64,000 bases of DNA from an uncultured Planctomycetota bacterium (GCA_963849325.1 CAWKHF010000005.1:96001-160000); one strand, 5' to 3'; counted from the first letter of the stretch, positions 34,131 to 61,349 are shown. Notes: generated by a model from the letters alone, not told the origin. Numbers and translations: made by a program.

Positions 34131-37100
34131 TTACGAGCTGGGCTGCTGCTGCAACAGCATGAAGAACGTTTCGACGCCGAAGATCTCCGCCTCCGGGGCC
34201 AACGATCCGGCGTACTGCGAGTTGAACGCGATGTCCGACTGTACCGCGCCGGTGGGCTGCCCGGTCACCAGGTCCAGCGCCAACATGAACCCGTCGAAGA
34301 AAATCGAGTACACGGCTTGGAGCTGGCTCGGCCCCGGACCCAGCGGTATCGGCGGCGGTGTGGGCGTCGGTGTTGGCGTCGGTGTCGGTGTCGGTGTCGG
34401 TGTGGGCGTTGGAGTGGGTGTCGGCGTGGGCGTCGGCGTCGGCGTGGGCGTCGGCGTACTGGTCGTGACGGTTAGCTGCCCGTTCGCGGTCTGGGCCAGG
34501 AAGTTGTTGCTGGGGCTGTCCGAGTACGTTTCCTGGATGGTATACGTGCCCGCGGCCACGTTCGCTTGCAGGATCAACGTCGCGGAAGCCAGGCCGCTGT
34601 TCACGTTGGCCGTCACCGGGCCGCCCAACACGTTGCTGTTTTGGTCGAGCACGGTGAACGTCACGGTGCCCTCGTTGACCGTTCCCTGGCTGGAGGAGAC
34701 CGTCGCACTGACCGACACGCTCTGGGATGTCGTGCTGGTGGGGACCGGAGTGACGGGGTTGGGCGTGAGGGTGACCGCGCTGGCGCTGATGCTCAGGGTC
34801 CCGACGGCGGTCTGGTCCTGCACGCTCTTGGTGGTGGTGTCGGTGAACTTCTCCAGAATGCTATACGTCCCCAGCGGCTGGCCGGCCGGGACGGTCAGGG
34901 TGCCGGTCGCCGTGCCGTTGGACACGTTGATCGGTCCGGTGCTGGCCAACGTGTTGTTGTTGCTATCGACCAGGGTGAAGGTCACGCCGCCCTCGTTGAC
35001 GGCCTGGCCGTTGGAGTTGGTGACCTTGGCCGTGACATTCACGGTCTGGGACGACAGGCTAAAGGGAACGGCGGCGTTGCCGGCCACGATGGTGTCGGTC
35101 CCCTGGTTGACGCTCAGTGTGCCGTAGGAACGTCACATTCTGGAAGTCGCCGCTGGCATCCTTGTAGGCTTCCTGGATGGTGTAGGCGCCGGGAGCCAGC
35201 CCGGCCGGCACCGTGTAGGTGGCGCTGGCTGCGCCGTTGGCGACCGTCGAACTGGTGACGGCCTGACCGATCGGGTTGCCACTGCTGTCCACCACGGTGA
35301 AGGTGACGTTGCCCTCGTTGATGGTGCCGGCGGGGCTGCTGAGGGTGATGTTGATCGGCACCGTCTGCGCGGACGTGCTATAGGGGACGGCGGCATTTTC
35401 GGGCGGCATGGTGACGAGGCCGCCGAGGACCGTCACCGGCGTCAGGGCCGTGGCGATGGTGACGTTGCTGGGAGGACCACCCACGCCGCCGAGTCCGCCG
35501 ATGTTGTAGATGGCCTCGACGTTATAGCTGCCCGGCGGCAGGTCGTTGATCGTGGTCGGCAGGGGAATCGAGCCGGTCGCCAAGCCGCCGGACGTGATGG
35601 GGACCGTCACCAACGTGTTGGCGATCGGATTGTGCAACGCGCTGTTATCGGTCAGCAGGAACGACACCGAACGAACCGTATTGGGATCGCCGGCGAGCTG
35701 GGAGGCGACCGTGGTGCTGTCGTCGGGGTTGGTAATGACCACCGAGACCGGCTCCGTCAGCGTCGTGCCGACGACAATGGTGGGCAGCGTCGCGGGCGCG
35801 AAGGCGAACGCATAGCCGCCGGCCACCGGCTGGAGCTGGTAGGCGCCGAGGTCGTCGTTGACGGCGGGGTTGCCGCTGCCCGTGGGCCGGGGCACGCCGC
35901 GCTGGTCCTGGCTGGTGGCGTTGCTGCCCTTGCCGATGATGTAGGTGGCGTCGGTGGTGTTGGTGTTCGTCGTGGGGATGGTGTAAGTGGGGCCGCCGTA
36001 GTTGCCCGGAGCCGTGAGGTCAAAGGGGTCGCCGTTGGTCACGCCCACGTAGTCGGTGGCGGCGCCGGTGGTGATGGTGCCGGCCAGGTCGGCCGAGGTG
36101 AAGGCGTTGTTTTGCGAAATGATGGAGTCGGTCACGGTGTTGCTGCCGCCGACCAGAAAGACGCCACCGCCGGTGGTGGTCCCGTTCGCGCCAGGGAGAC
36201 CGGATTGAGCTTTGCTGCCACCGCCGGGACGGCCGCCGATTCCGCCGATTCCGCCTACGGTGTTGTTGCCGGCGACCGTGAGGTTGAGGAAGGTGTTGGT
36301 GCCGCTGACGACGTTGATGCCTCCGGCCGTACCGTTGCCGCCGTTGCCGCCGTTGCCGCCGTTGCCGTTGCCCGCGCCGGTGGATTCCGGATTGGGAAAA
36401 GTCGGGGACCAGCCGCCACCGCCGGTGGCGGTGTTCTGGGCCACCGTGGTGCTGCTGACGGTCAGGGAGGCGTCGTTGGCGACGTAGAAGCCGCCGGCGG
36501 TGGCGTTGCCGCCGTTGCCGTTGCGGCCGCCGTCGGCGTTTTTGCCCCGGGCGTTGCTGCCCCAGCCACCCAGGCCGCCGCGCGCCTGATTGCCGAAGTT
36601 GAGGGGGTCGGGGCCGATCTCGCTGGCGCGCAAGGTCATGGTGCCCGAGCCGGTCAGGAAGACGCCGCCGCCCTGGCCGTCGCCGCCGTTGCCGCCGGCG
36701 CCGACAAGGCCCGTGGTGGCGCCCGGGCCCGCGTCGCCGCCGGCGCCGCCCTGAGCGACGTTGCCGGAGACGGACACGGCGACGAGGTTCACCGTGCCGC
36801 CGTTCAACCAAATGCCGCCGCCCTCGGCCTTGCCGCCGGGGGCGCCGTTGACGTTGACGGAGGTGAAGCCGTTGCCGCCCTCGCCGCCGGTGGCCGTATT
36901 GCCCGTGACCTCCAGCAGAGGGGTATTGAGCGTATCGACGTTAAAGTTGGGGGACAGGGCCGAGCCGGGTACGGCCGGCACGAGCGGCGATTTGGGAGCG
37001 ACATTGGTGTAGACGCTGGAGCCGAACGAGGCCAGTCCGCCGCCTTCGCCGATGCCGCCGCCCGTGGACGTGAGGCCCGGTTTTTTTTTGGCATTGAAGC

Positions 37101-37770
37101 CCAGCCCGCCCGTCGCGCTGTTGTTCTCCAGCGTTACATTGTCCAAGGTGAGCGTGCCGTTGAAAGTGAAAATCCCACCGCCGGCCGCGTTGCCGCCGTT
37201 CTGGAGGGCGCCTTTGGCCGTCGGCGTGCCATTGACGCCGGTGGCGTTGTTGTTCTCGAAAAGGTCGTTGCTGAGCGTCACGTTGCCATCGTCGTTGAGC
37301 AGGCCGCCGCCCAGGGCCGAAAAGCCGGCCAGCCCCAGCCCGCCTTCGTCGCCCGCCTTGCCGCCGCGGATGTTGAGGTTCTCCAGCACCACGTTGCTGC
37401 CGGGACCCACCTGAAAGATCCGCGACAGGCCCGTCTCGTTAATGGTCGTGCCCGGTCCGCCGCTGGCCGACAACTGACCCTGGATGATGATGGTATCCGT
37501 GGGGTTATCGATGACCAGCGGAGCTGAGGACGTTGTCAGCGTGATGACATTATTGGTTGCGAACGTGATCGTGAATGTGCCGCTGCTGTCGGCATTGGCC
37601 TGCTGGATCGCGGCGCACAGCGTGCCGGCACCCGAGTCGGCCGTACTGTTGACCGTGGCGCTGTTGCCCGAGGGCGTGATACGATCTTCCAGCACCTCCA
37701 GCAGAGGACGAAAGTAACGGGTTTTCCAGGGATTGTACGACTGAGGACGGCGCCGAGATAAGGGAAGCAT
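34131..37770 (-). CDS. G0: divergent surface protein (leader, Gly-rich passenger, anchor-Q-like domain, Ig-like repeats, short PT stalk, C-terminal module); frameshift near 35130
   Basis: LEVLEDRITPS leader, GGxGG repeats, DQRG..DLGAYQ, three Ig-like repeats with NEGxVTFT..YxIxExY/F, (PT)n, then FDGF..VQSDIA..AG..EIFG. Confidence 0.85.
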
Positions 37771-38117
37771 GACTAACCCTCAAGAGAGTTCAATCAGGAA
37801 GTGAACCTATTATTACCTGAGTTGCCCCATTAGTCGAGACCTCTTAACCGATTCTTTCCCTAGAATTGTGCTGTTCAGCTCGTGTTTCCCAGTCATCACA
37901 TCCGCTCCGAATGATAGTGAACGGATCGACACTTCTGCTACTCCGTTCCTCACTCCGCCATCGTCAGGACGCGAAGAACGCCCGGAAAAGACGCGAGAAT
38001 GGTTCCGAGAGACGGATTCAAAGTGTGATACGTGCGATCGCGCTGGTGTTTCCTTTTATTTACTCTTTTCTTCTCTTGCTCTTTTCTTGGCGTGTTGGCG
38101 GTTTGGACGGGCGAAGA

Positions 38118-38173
38118 GGCCCGCGGGCGAAATCGCCCGCGGGCCGAGAGTGACCGTAAAGGGTCGAGAGCAA
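38118..38173 (-). promoter_or_regulatory. conserved post-stop hairpin element, copy after G1
   Basis: GGCCCGCGGGCG-aaat-CGCCCGCGGGCC at 38118-38145, 28 nt from the stop codon. Confidence 0.85.
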
Positions 38174-41100
38174 TTAGTGGTTGTTGTTGCCCCCTCCACT
38201 GGAACTGCCGCCGTTGGAACTGCTGCTAGTGGAATGGTTGAGGATGTTGAGGGCCAGTTCGACGCCGAGCAGTTCGAAGAACTGCCCGAACGGTCCGGCG
38301 GCCTGCAGGTTGACGGCGATGTCGGCTTGCACCAGCGAGCCTGCCGCCGAGTTTCCGGTCAGGATGTCGAACACAACGTCAAAGCCGTCGAAGATCAGCT
38401 GCAACTCCGGATTGGCAGCTGGCATGGGCGTCGGCGTCGGCGTCGGCGTGGGAGTGGGAGTGGGCGTCGGGGTCGGAGTGGGCGTCGGCGTCGGAGTGGG
38501 TGTCGGGGTGGGCGTCGGCGTCGGAGTGGGTGTCGGGGTGGGCGTCGGCGTCGGAGTGGGCGTCGGCGTGGGAGTCGGAGTGGGCGTCGGCGTGGGCGTC
38601 GGGGTTGGGGTCGGCGTCGGAGTGGGCGTCGGCGTGGGAGTCGGAGTGGGCGTCGGCGTGGGCGTCGGGGTTGGGGTCGGCGTCGGAGTGGGCGTCGGCG
38701 TGGGAGTCGGAGTGGGCGTCGGCGTGGGCGTCGGGGTTGGGGTCGGCGTCGGAGTGGGCGTCGGCGTCGGCGTCGGTGTTGGGGTCGGAGTTGGGGTCGG
38801 CGTCGGCGTCGGAGTGGGCGTCGGCGTCGGCGTCGGTGTCGGAGTCGGTGTCGGTGTCGGAGTGGGCGTGGGACTGAATTCGGTGGCGCCGATGTCGATG
38901 ATGGCACCCTTGCCGCCGTTGATGACACGCGGGAAGCCCGTGCCACGCTGATCGAACGGACCCGTCAATGCCGTCGCCGCGTTGTCACCCGCATCGATGC
39001 CCGGACTGCCCGACTGCAACAGGATGGTCTGCGTCAGACCACCGTTGTTGCCCAGCGTGCCAATGCCCGCGGCCACGTTGGTGATGTCGCCGTGCGCCGA
39101 GCTGAAGCCGAAGCTGCCGGCGGAGTTGCCGATCAGGTTGTGGTCGCTGCTGTTGACCGAACCGAAGTAATCCGGCGACGAGGCGGCGTTGTTGAGCGCC
39201 ACCAGCGTGTTGGTGAGGATGACGTTGGCATTGGCGTTGTTGAAGACGCCGCCGCCCTGGCCGACGACGGCGCCGCCCGCCGTGCCCGGCGTGCCCGGCT
39301 TGCCGCCCACGCCCGGAGGCGCGCCGGCATCGCCGCCGTTGCCGCCGAAGCCCTGCAACGCCGAGTTGTAAGCGACGGTGACGTTGGTCAGCGTGACGCC
39401 GCCGGTGCCGGGTGTTACCAGCACGAAGACGCCGCCGCCCTTGACGGCACCGCTGTTGCCGCCGGCGCCGCCGCTGCCGGCCGTGCCTTCCGTGGCCGAG
39501 CCACCCGTGCCGCCATTGCCGCCGTTGCCCGCCGTGGCGGTGTTGTTGGACATGGTCGAGTTGGTCAGTTGCGTCTGACCCGAGCCGAACAGGTACGCAC
39601 CGGCACCCTCGGCGATGCCGCCGGCGCCGCCGGTACCGCCGGCGCCGCCGACACCACCGTTGCCGCCGTTGCCGCCGTTGCCACCGACGCCGCCGGTGAC
39701 GGAGTTACCCGACAACGTCGAGTCGAAGATCTTGCTGGGCTGGCCGGTGCCGCTGTTGGTGACGTAGACGCCGCCGCCGTAGGCCGAGCCGCCGATGCCG
39801 CCGCCGCCCGCGCCGCTGCCCAGACCGAACCCGATCGAGGCACCCGCGCCGCCGTTGCCGCCGGCGCCGGCGGTGCTGAGGTTGCCCGTGACGGACGTGT
39901 TGGTGATGCTCAACTGCAACGTGGTCCCGGCCGCCCCGAAGAAGTCCACGCCGCCGCCGAACGTGCTGCCGCCGAAGCCGCCCTTGCCGCCCAGAGCGCC
40001 GGCCGAGTTGCTGGCGCCGCCGGTGCCGCCGGCGCCGCCGACATCGATGTTACCCGTGACGGTAGACTGATCGACGGACACCTTGAGGGTGCTGGCGCCG
40101 ACACTAAAGCCGCCGATGCCGCCGCCGCCGCCCGAGGCGCCCGAGCCGCCGACGCCGCCGCCGCTGGTCGCACCGCCGCCGGTCCCACCAGCGCCACCGT
40201 TACCGCCGGCGCCGCCGGTGACCGTGTTGGTTTGCACGGTCGTGCCCGCATTGACCGCCACGTTGAGAGTGGCGCCGCCCGTGGCCAACGCTTCGATGCC
40301 GCCACCGAAGCCAAAGCCACCCGTGCCGCCGACGCCGCCGCCGGAGCCGGCGCCGCTGAGTCCATTGCCTCCCGCTCCACCAGCCCCGCCCGTCACCGTG
40401 TTGCTCGACACCGTGCTAGCATTGCCCGTCGAGGTGGACTTGCCCACCGTCACGCTGCCGCCGCCGCTGAGGAACACGCCGCCGCCCTGCGCCGTACCGC
40501 CCGTGCCGCCGCCGCCGCCCTTGGCGCCGGCCGCCGTGGCCGCGAAGCCCTGGCCGCCCAGGCCGCCCTGGGCCGAGTTGCCCGTCACCGTCACGCCGGT
40601 CAGGCTCAACTGCATGGTGGCGCCGCTGACGTACAAGCCGCCGCCCTGCGCCCACCGCCGATCTGGCCGGCGATGCTGGTCTTGTTGCCGTTGGCTCCGC
40701 TGCCGCCGATCGCCTTGTTACCCGTGATCGAGCTGGCGTCCAGCGTTATCGAGTTGGAGGCCGCGGTGATGAGGACGCCGCCGCCCTCGCCGAAGCCGGC
40801 CGCCGCCCCGCCCGCGACGCCGTTGCCGCCCAGCGCCTGGTTGTTGCTGATGACCGTGCCGTTGACAACGGTCAACTGACCGCCGGAGACGAAGACGCCG
40901 CCGCCCTCGCCGTCCTTGCCGGCGTTGCCGACCGCCTTGTTGTTCTGCACGACGGCGTTGCTCAGCGTCACGTTGCCGCCCAGGTCGAGGATGGCACCGC
41001 CCCGCGCCTCCGTGTTCGTGGTCACGCCGTTGTCGTGGGCCGTGCCGTGCTGGAGGGTCAACGACTGGAAGGTCACGTTGGTCGGGCCGGTCAGCAGGAA

Positions 41101-41442
41101 GGCGCGGTTGTTGGCGCCGGCGGCGTCGAGGACAACGTCGCCGGCCTTGCCGGTGGCGCCCTGGATGACCAGCGTGTGCGGCGTCGTCACCGTCAACTGG
41201 CTGGACAGGTTGTAGGTGCCCGCCGACAGGACGATGGTGTTGGTCGCGTCGGAGGCCGGAGCGTTGACGGCGTTGATGGCCTGCTGGAGTTGCGTGGCGT
41301 TGCTGACGTCGAAGACCGCTGGCGCCAGACGCTCTTCCAGCGATTCCAGTCGCGGCAAGACCGTGCGTCGTGCCGGGGACCGCTGCACGCGGCCCTTCTG
41401 GCCCGGACTCGTGAACTTGCGGAGCCATTTGTTGCGAAGCAT
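38174..41442 (-). CDS. G1: Gly-rich surface protein paralog; frameshift near 40650
   Basis: ORFs 40606-41442 and 38174-40636 join into the full paralog: [48 protein letters not shown], (PT)n and C-terminal module. Confidence 0.9.
38426..38873 (-). repeat. (Pro-Thr)n hexamer repeat in G1; equivalent tracts at about 34359-34458, 41813-42320, 48197-48563, 51464-51898, 54789-55074, 57955-58376 and 61618-62007
   Basis: ACN-CCN hexamers with variable third positions, in frame in every gene. Confidence 0.95.
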
Positions 41443-41495
41443 AAGACACCTCCAGGATCAGGGGAATATGGGACAACACGTTACTGCGTCGAGAT

Positions 41496-41551
41496 GGCCC
41501 GCGGGCGGGTTCGCCCGCGGGCCGAGGGTTACAGTAAGGGGCCGAGAGCAT
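41496..41551 (-). promoter_or_regulatory. conserved post-stop hairpin element, copy after G2
   Basis: Hairpin 41496-41523 plus GAGGGTTACAGTAAGGGGCCGA. Confidence 0.85.
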
Positions 41552-44500
41552 TTAGTGGCTGTGGCCGTTGCTGGTGCTGCTACTGCTGCTGGTGCTGCTG
41601 GTGCTGCCGGTGCTGCTGGTGTTGTGGCTGAAGAGGTTGAGGGCCAACTGGATACCGAACAGCTCGAAGAACGGTCCGAACGGTCCAGCCGCCGCCAGGT
41701 TGACAGCGATGTCGCCCTGAATGGCGATTACCGCAGCCTGGTTGCCGATCAGGAAGTTGAACGCCAAGCTGAAGCCGTCGATGACCAACTGCAACGCTGG
41801 ATTGGCCGCCGCTGTCGGAGTGGGCGTCGGCGTCGGTGTCGGAGTGGGCGTCGGCGTCGGTGTCGGAGTGGGTGTCGGCGTCGGAGTTGGAGTGGGCGTC
41901 GGCGTCGGCGTCGGCGTCGGAGTTGGAGTGGGCGTCGGTGTCGGAGTGGGCGTCGGCGTCGGAGTTGGAGTGGGCGTCGGAGTGGGAGTGGGCGTCGGCG
42001 TCGGCGTCGGAGTTGGAGTGGGCGTCGGTGTCGGAGTGGGTGTCGGTGTCGGTGTCGGAGTGGGCGTCGGAGTTGGGGTTGGAGTGGGCGTCGGCGTCGG
42101 CGTCGGCGTCGGAGTTGGAGTGGGCGTCGGTGTCGGAGTGGGCGTCGGCGTTGGAGTGGGCGTCGGTGTCGGAGTGGGCGTCGGCGTCGGAGTGGGCGTC
42201 GGAGTGGGCGTCGGAGTGGGCGTCGGTGTGGGCGTCGGCGTCGGCGTTGGAGTGGGCGTCGGCGTTGGAGTGGGCGTCGGTGTCGGAGTGGGCGTCGGAG
42301 TGGGCGTCGGAGTGGGCGTGGAGCTGAACTCGGTGGCGCCGATGTCGATGATGGCACCCTTGCCGCCATTGAGGACACGCGGGAAGCCGGTGCCACGCTG
42401 ATCGAACGGACCCGTCAATGCCGTCGCCGCATTGTCCCCGGCGTCGATGGCCGGACTGCCGGCCAGCAGCAGGATCGTCTGCGTCAGACCGCCGTTGGCC
42501 GCCAGCGTGCCGATCAGCGGAGCGACGTTGAGGATGTCGCCGTGGGCCGAGCTGAAGCCGAAGCTGCCGCTGGCGTTGCCGATCAGGTTGTGGTCGCTGC
42601 TGTTGACCGAACCGAAGTAATCGGGAGCCAAGGCGGCGTTGTTGAGCGCCACCAAGGTGTTGGTCAGGATGGTATTGGCGTTGGCGTGGTTGTAGACGCC
42701 GCCGCCCGAACCGGCCACGGCGCCGCCGGCGGTGCCCGGCGTGCCGGGGAAGCCACCGACGCCCGGAGGCGCACCGGCGCCGCCGCCGCTGCCGCCGAAA
42801 CCCTGCACCGCGGAGTTGTAGGCGACGGTGACGTTGGTCAGCGTGATGCCGCCGGTGGCGGGCGTGGCCGAGACGTAGACGCCGCCGCCGATGACGATGC
42901 CGCTGTTGCCGCCGTTGCCGCCGTTGCCGGCGGTGCCGGTGCTCGCCGCTCCGCCGGTGCCACCGCTGCCGCCGTTGCCGGCGGTGGAGGTGTTGTTGGC
43001 CACCGTCGAGTTGGTCAGCTGCGTCTGACCGGAGCCGAACGAGAAGACGCCGCCGCCATCGCCGGCGCCGCCGGTGCCGCCATTGCCGCCGTTGCCGCCG
43101 TTGCCGCCGTTGCCGCCGTTGCCCCCAGCGCCGCCGGCGCCGCCGGTGGCGGAGTTGCCCGACACCGTCGAGTCGAAGAGCTTGCTGGCGGCGCCGGTGC
43201 CACTGTTGCTGAGACCGAGGCCGCCTCCCACGGCCACGCCGCCGGTGCCGCCGGCGCCGGCATTGCCGCCGGTGACGACCCCGACCGAAGCGCCGCGCCG
43301 CCGTTGCCGCCGGCGCCGGCCGTGATGCTGTTGCCGCTGACGGTGGTGCTGGTGATGCTGAACTGCGAGGTGGTGCCGGCGATGCCGAAAAAGGCTATGC
43401 CGCCGGAGATGGCGGTGCCGCCGGTGCCGCCCAGACCACCGAGGGCGCCCACCGAGTTGCTGGCGCCGCCGGTGCCGCCGGCGCCGGCCGTGACGCTGTT
43501 GCCGCTGACGGTGGACTGATCGACGCTCAACTGGATGGTGCCGGTCGGGTTGACACTCTCGGCCCGGATGCCGCCCGATTCGGCCCCACCGCCCTTGCCG
43601 CCGACGCCGCCCACGGAGCTGGTAGTGCCGGCGCTGCCGCCGGCGCCGCCGGCGCCGCCGACGCCGCCGGTGACGGTGTTGCCCTGCACGGTCGTCCCCG
43701 CGCCGACCGCCAGTTTCAGGGTCCCTCCCGTCGCCAGACCCTCGATACCGCCGCCGAAGGCGACGCCGCCGACGCCGCCCTTGCCGCCGGCCGAGCCGGC
43801 GCCGCTCATTCCGTTGCCTCCCGCTCCGCCGGCCCCGCCGACGACGAAGTTGCCCGACACGGTGGTTCCGTTGCCGGTCGAGCCAGACTTGCCGACGGTC
43901 ACGTTTCCGGTCCCGCTGATGAAGACGCCACCGCCCTGGGCCGTGTTGCCGGTGCCGCCGCCGGCGCCGCCGGCCTTGCCGGCCGCCGTGGCCGCGAAGC
44001 CCTGTCCGGCCTGTCCGCCCTGGACCGTGTTGCCCGTCAGCGTCACGCCGGTCAGGCCCAACACGATGTTGGTGCCGCTGACCCACATACCGCCGCCGTC
44101 GGCGAAGCCGCCGGGCTGGCCGGCGATGCTCGTCTTGGTACCGTTGGCGCCGCTGCCGCCGACCGCCTTGTTGCCGGTGATCGAGCTGGCGTCCAGCGAC
44201 ACCGGATTGGTGGTGCCCGAGACGTACGCGCCGCCGCCCTCGGCGAAGCCGGCTTGCACGCTGCCCGTGATGCCGTTACCGCCCAGCGCCTGGTTGCCGC
44301 TGATGACCGCGCCGTTGAGCACGGTCAACTGTCCGCCGGAGACGAACACGCCGCCACCCTTGGCCGCCAGGCCGGCGTTGGCGACGGCTTTGTTGTTCTG
44401 CACGACGGCATTGCTCAGCGTCACGTTGCCGCCCATGTCCAGGATGGCGCCGCCCTCGGCCGTCGTGTTGATGGCCACGCCGTTGTCGTGGGCCGTGCCA

Positions 44501-44892
44501 TGCTGGATGGTCAAGGACTGGAACGTCACGTTGGTGCCCGGATCGAGCAGGAAGGCGCGGTTGTTGGCACCGGCGGCGTCGAGGACAACGTCGCCGGCCT
44601 TGCCGGTGGCGCCCTGGATGACCAGCGTGTGCGGCGTCGTCACCGTCAACTGGTTGGACAGGTTGTAGGTGCCCGCCGACAGGACGATGGTGTTGGTCGC
44701 GTCGGAGGCCGGAGCGTTGACGGCGTTGATGGCCTGCTGGAGTTGGGTGGCGTTGCTGACGTCGAAGACCGCTGGCGCCAGACGCTCTTCCAGCGATTCC
44801 AGTCGCGGCAAGACCGTGCGTCGTGCCGAGGACCGCTGGGGACGGCCCTTACTCCGTCCCGCGAACTTGCGAAGCCATTCGTTGTGAAACAT
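41552..44892 (-). CDS. G2: Gly-rich surface protein paralog; frameshift near 43295
   Basis: Start MFHNEWLRK after GGAGGAG; the two ORF halves align to the intact paralogs. Confidence 0.9.
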
Positions 44893-44947
44893 GAGACTCC
44901 TCCACCACTGAGAGAATCGGGATGGAAACACAGTGCTGCACCGAGGT

Positions 44948-45002
44948 GGCCCGCGAGCGGGTTCGCCCGCGGACCGAGGGTTACAGTAGGAGGCCGGCGA
45001 TG
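44948..45002 (-). promoter_or_regulatory. conserved hairpin element, copy between G3 and G2
   Basis: Hairpin 44948-44975 plus GAGGGTTACAGTAGGAGGCC. Confidence 0.85.
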
Positions 45003-45157
45003 TCACGCGCCGCCTTCCGCTTTCGATGATGTCCGGCCGGCGAAGGGTTCGGATAACCCGTCGCTTGTGCTCCGGACTTGTCACTAGCCCGGAGCGCCAG
45101 CGACGGGTCGAAGAATCCCATCGCTGGCGCTGGGGCTAGTGAGTTGGGAAACCGATT

Positions 45158-47692
<2,535 letters not shown>

Positions 47693-47745
47693 GGAGACCT
47701 CCACACTGAGAGAAACGGGATAGAAACACGATGTTGCGTCAAGGT

Positions 47746-47801
47746 GGCCCGCGGGCGAACCCGTCCGCGGGCTGAGGATTACTGTTAAGGGGCCAAGAGC
47801 C
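47746..47801 (-). promoter_or_regulatory. conserved post-stop hairpin element, copy after G4
   Basis: Hairpin 47746-47773 (loop aacc) plus GAGGATTACTGTTAAGGGGCCAA. Confidence 0.85.
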
Positions 47802-47804
47802 TTA

Positions 47805-47950
47805 GAATCTGTCCCCTAAGCTCTCCTCTCCCCCGCTTCGAGGGAGAGGGGTTGGGGGTGAGGGAGACAGAATCCCACGAAAAACCTAACCCTGCACCCC
47901 AACCCCTCTCCCCCGGAGTACAGGGGGAGAGGGGCTTATGGGACAGTCTC
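47805..47950. mobile_element. 146-bp MITE-like insertion with 16-bp TIRs and TTA target duplication
   Basis: Left end GAATCTGTCCCCTAAG, right end (reverse complement) GAGACTGTCCCATAAG, 13/16 match. Flanked by TTA at 47802-47804 and 47951-47953. Absent from the other spacer copies. Confidence 0.8.
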
Positions 47951-51121
<3,171 letters not shown>

Positions 51122-51175
51122 GCGAGACCTCCAAATGAAGAGAATCGGAATGGGAACGTGATGTTGCGTTGAGGT

Positions 51176-51231
51176 GGCCCGCGGGCGAAGCCGCCCGCGG
51201 GCCGAGGGTTACAGTAAGAGGGCCGACAGCA
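51176..51231 (-). promoter_or_regulatory. conserved post-stop hairpin element, copy after G5
   Basis: Hairpin 51176-51203 plus GAGGGTTACAGTAAGAGGGCCGA. Confidence 0.85.
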
Positions 51232-54474
<3,243 letters not shown>

Positions 54475-54528
54475 GCGAGACCTCCAAACTGAGGAAAACA
54501 GGATAGAAACACGTTACTGCGTCGAGGT

Positions 54529-54584
54529 GGCCCGCGGGCGGGTTCGCCCGCGGACCAAGGGTTACAGTTCGAGGGCCGACGGCA
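54529..54584 (-). promoter_or_regulatory. conserved post-stop hairpin element, copy after G6
   Basis: Hairpin 54529-54556 plus AAGGGTTACAGTTCGAGGGCCGA. Confidence 0.85.
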
Positions 54585-57650
<3,066 letters not shown>

Positions 57651-57694
57651 GAGGCTCCTTCACCACTGAGCGAAACAGGATGCTGCGTCGAGGT

Positions 57695-57750
57695 GGCCCG
57701 CGGGCGGGTTTGCCCGCGGGCCGAGGGTTACCGTTCGAGGGCCGACGACG
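57695..57750 (-). promoter_or_regulatory. conserved post-stop hairpin element, copy after G7
   Basis: Hairpin 57695-57722 plus GAGGGTTACCGTTCGAGGGCCGA. Confidence 0.85.
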
Positions 57751-60953
<3,203 letters not shown>

Positions 60954-61293
60954 GAGACTCCTCCACATCCGAGGGAAACGAAAGGAGACCAGGGGGTCCG
61001 TCCCGCGCGAACGGGGAGACACTCCCCGCGCCGCCGTCAGGGCCGCAACCAGCTCTGTCAGCCCCACTTCTCCACCTCCCCATAAAGGGGAGAAGGGAGA
61101 GCGGATACATCCGTGTGGAGGAGGACGGAATCGAGCCGCTCCGTCCGGAGAACATCCTGTTCACTTCTCGATGTCGAAATGCACGCCGTTCCGAGGAACT
61201 CACGGACGGCGCCCGTTTCCTTCCTTCCTTGCCAGGAACGGAGAATGAACCGGGTGCCTGCCCCGCATCCTGCTCGGGCGGCGCGGAGATCCG

Positions 61294-61349
61294 GGTCCGC
61301 GGGCGAAATCGCCCGCGGACCGAGGATTACAGTAAAGGTGCCAAGAGCG
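61294..61349 (-). promoter_or_regulatory. conserved post-stop hairpin element, copy after G8
   Basis: GGTCCGCGGGCG-aaat-CGCCCGCGGACC at 61294-61321, with a compensatory T-A pair. Confidence 0.85.
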
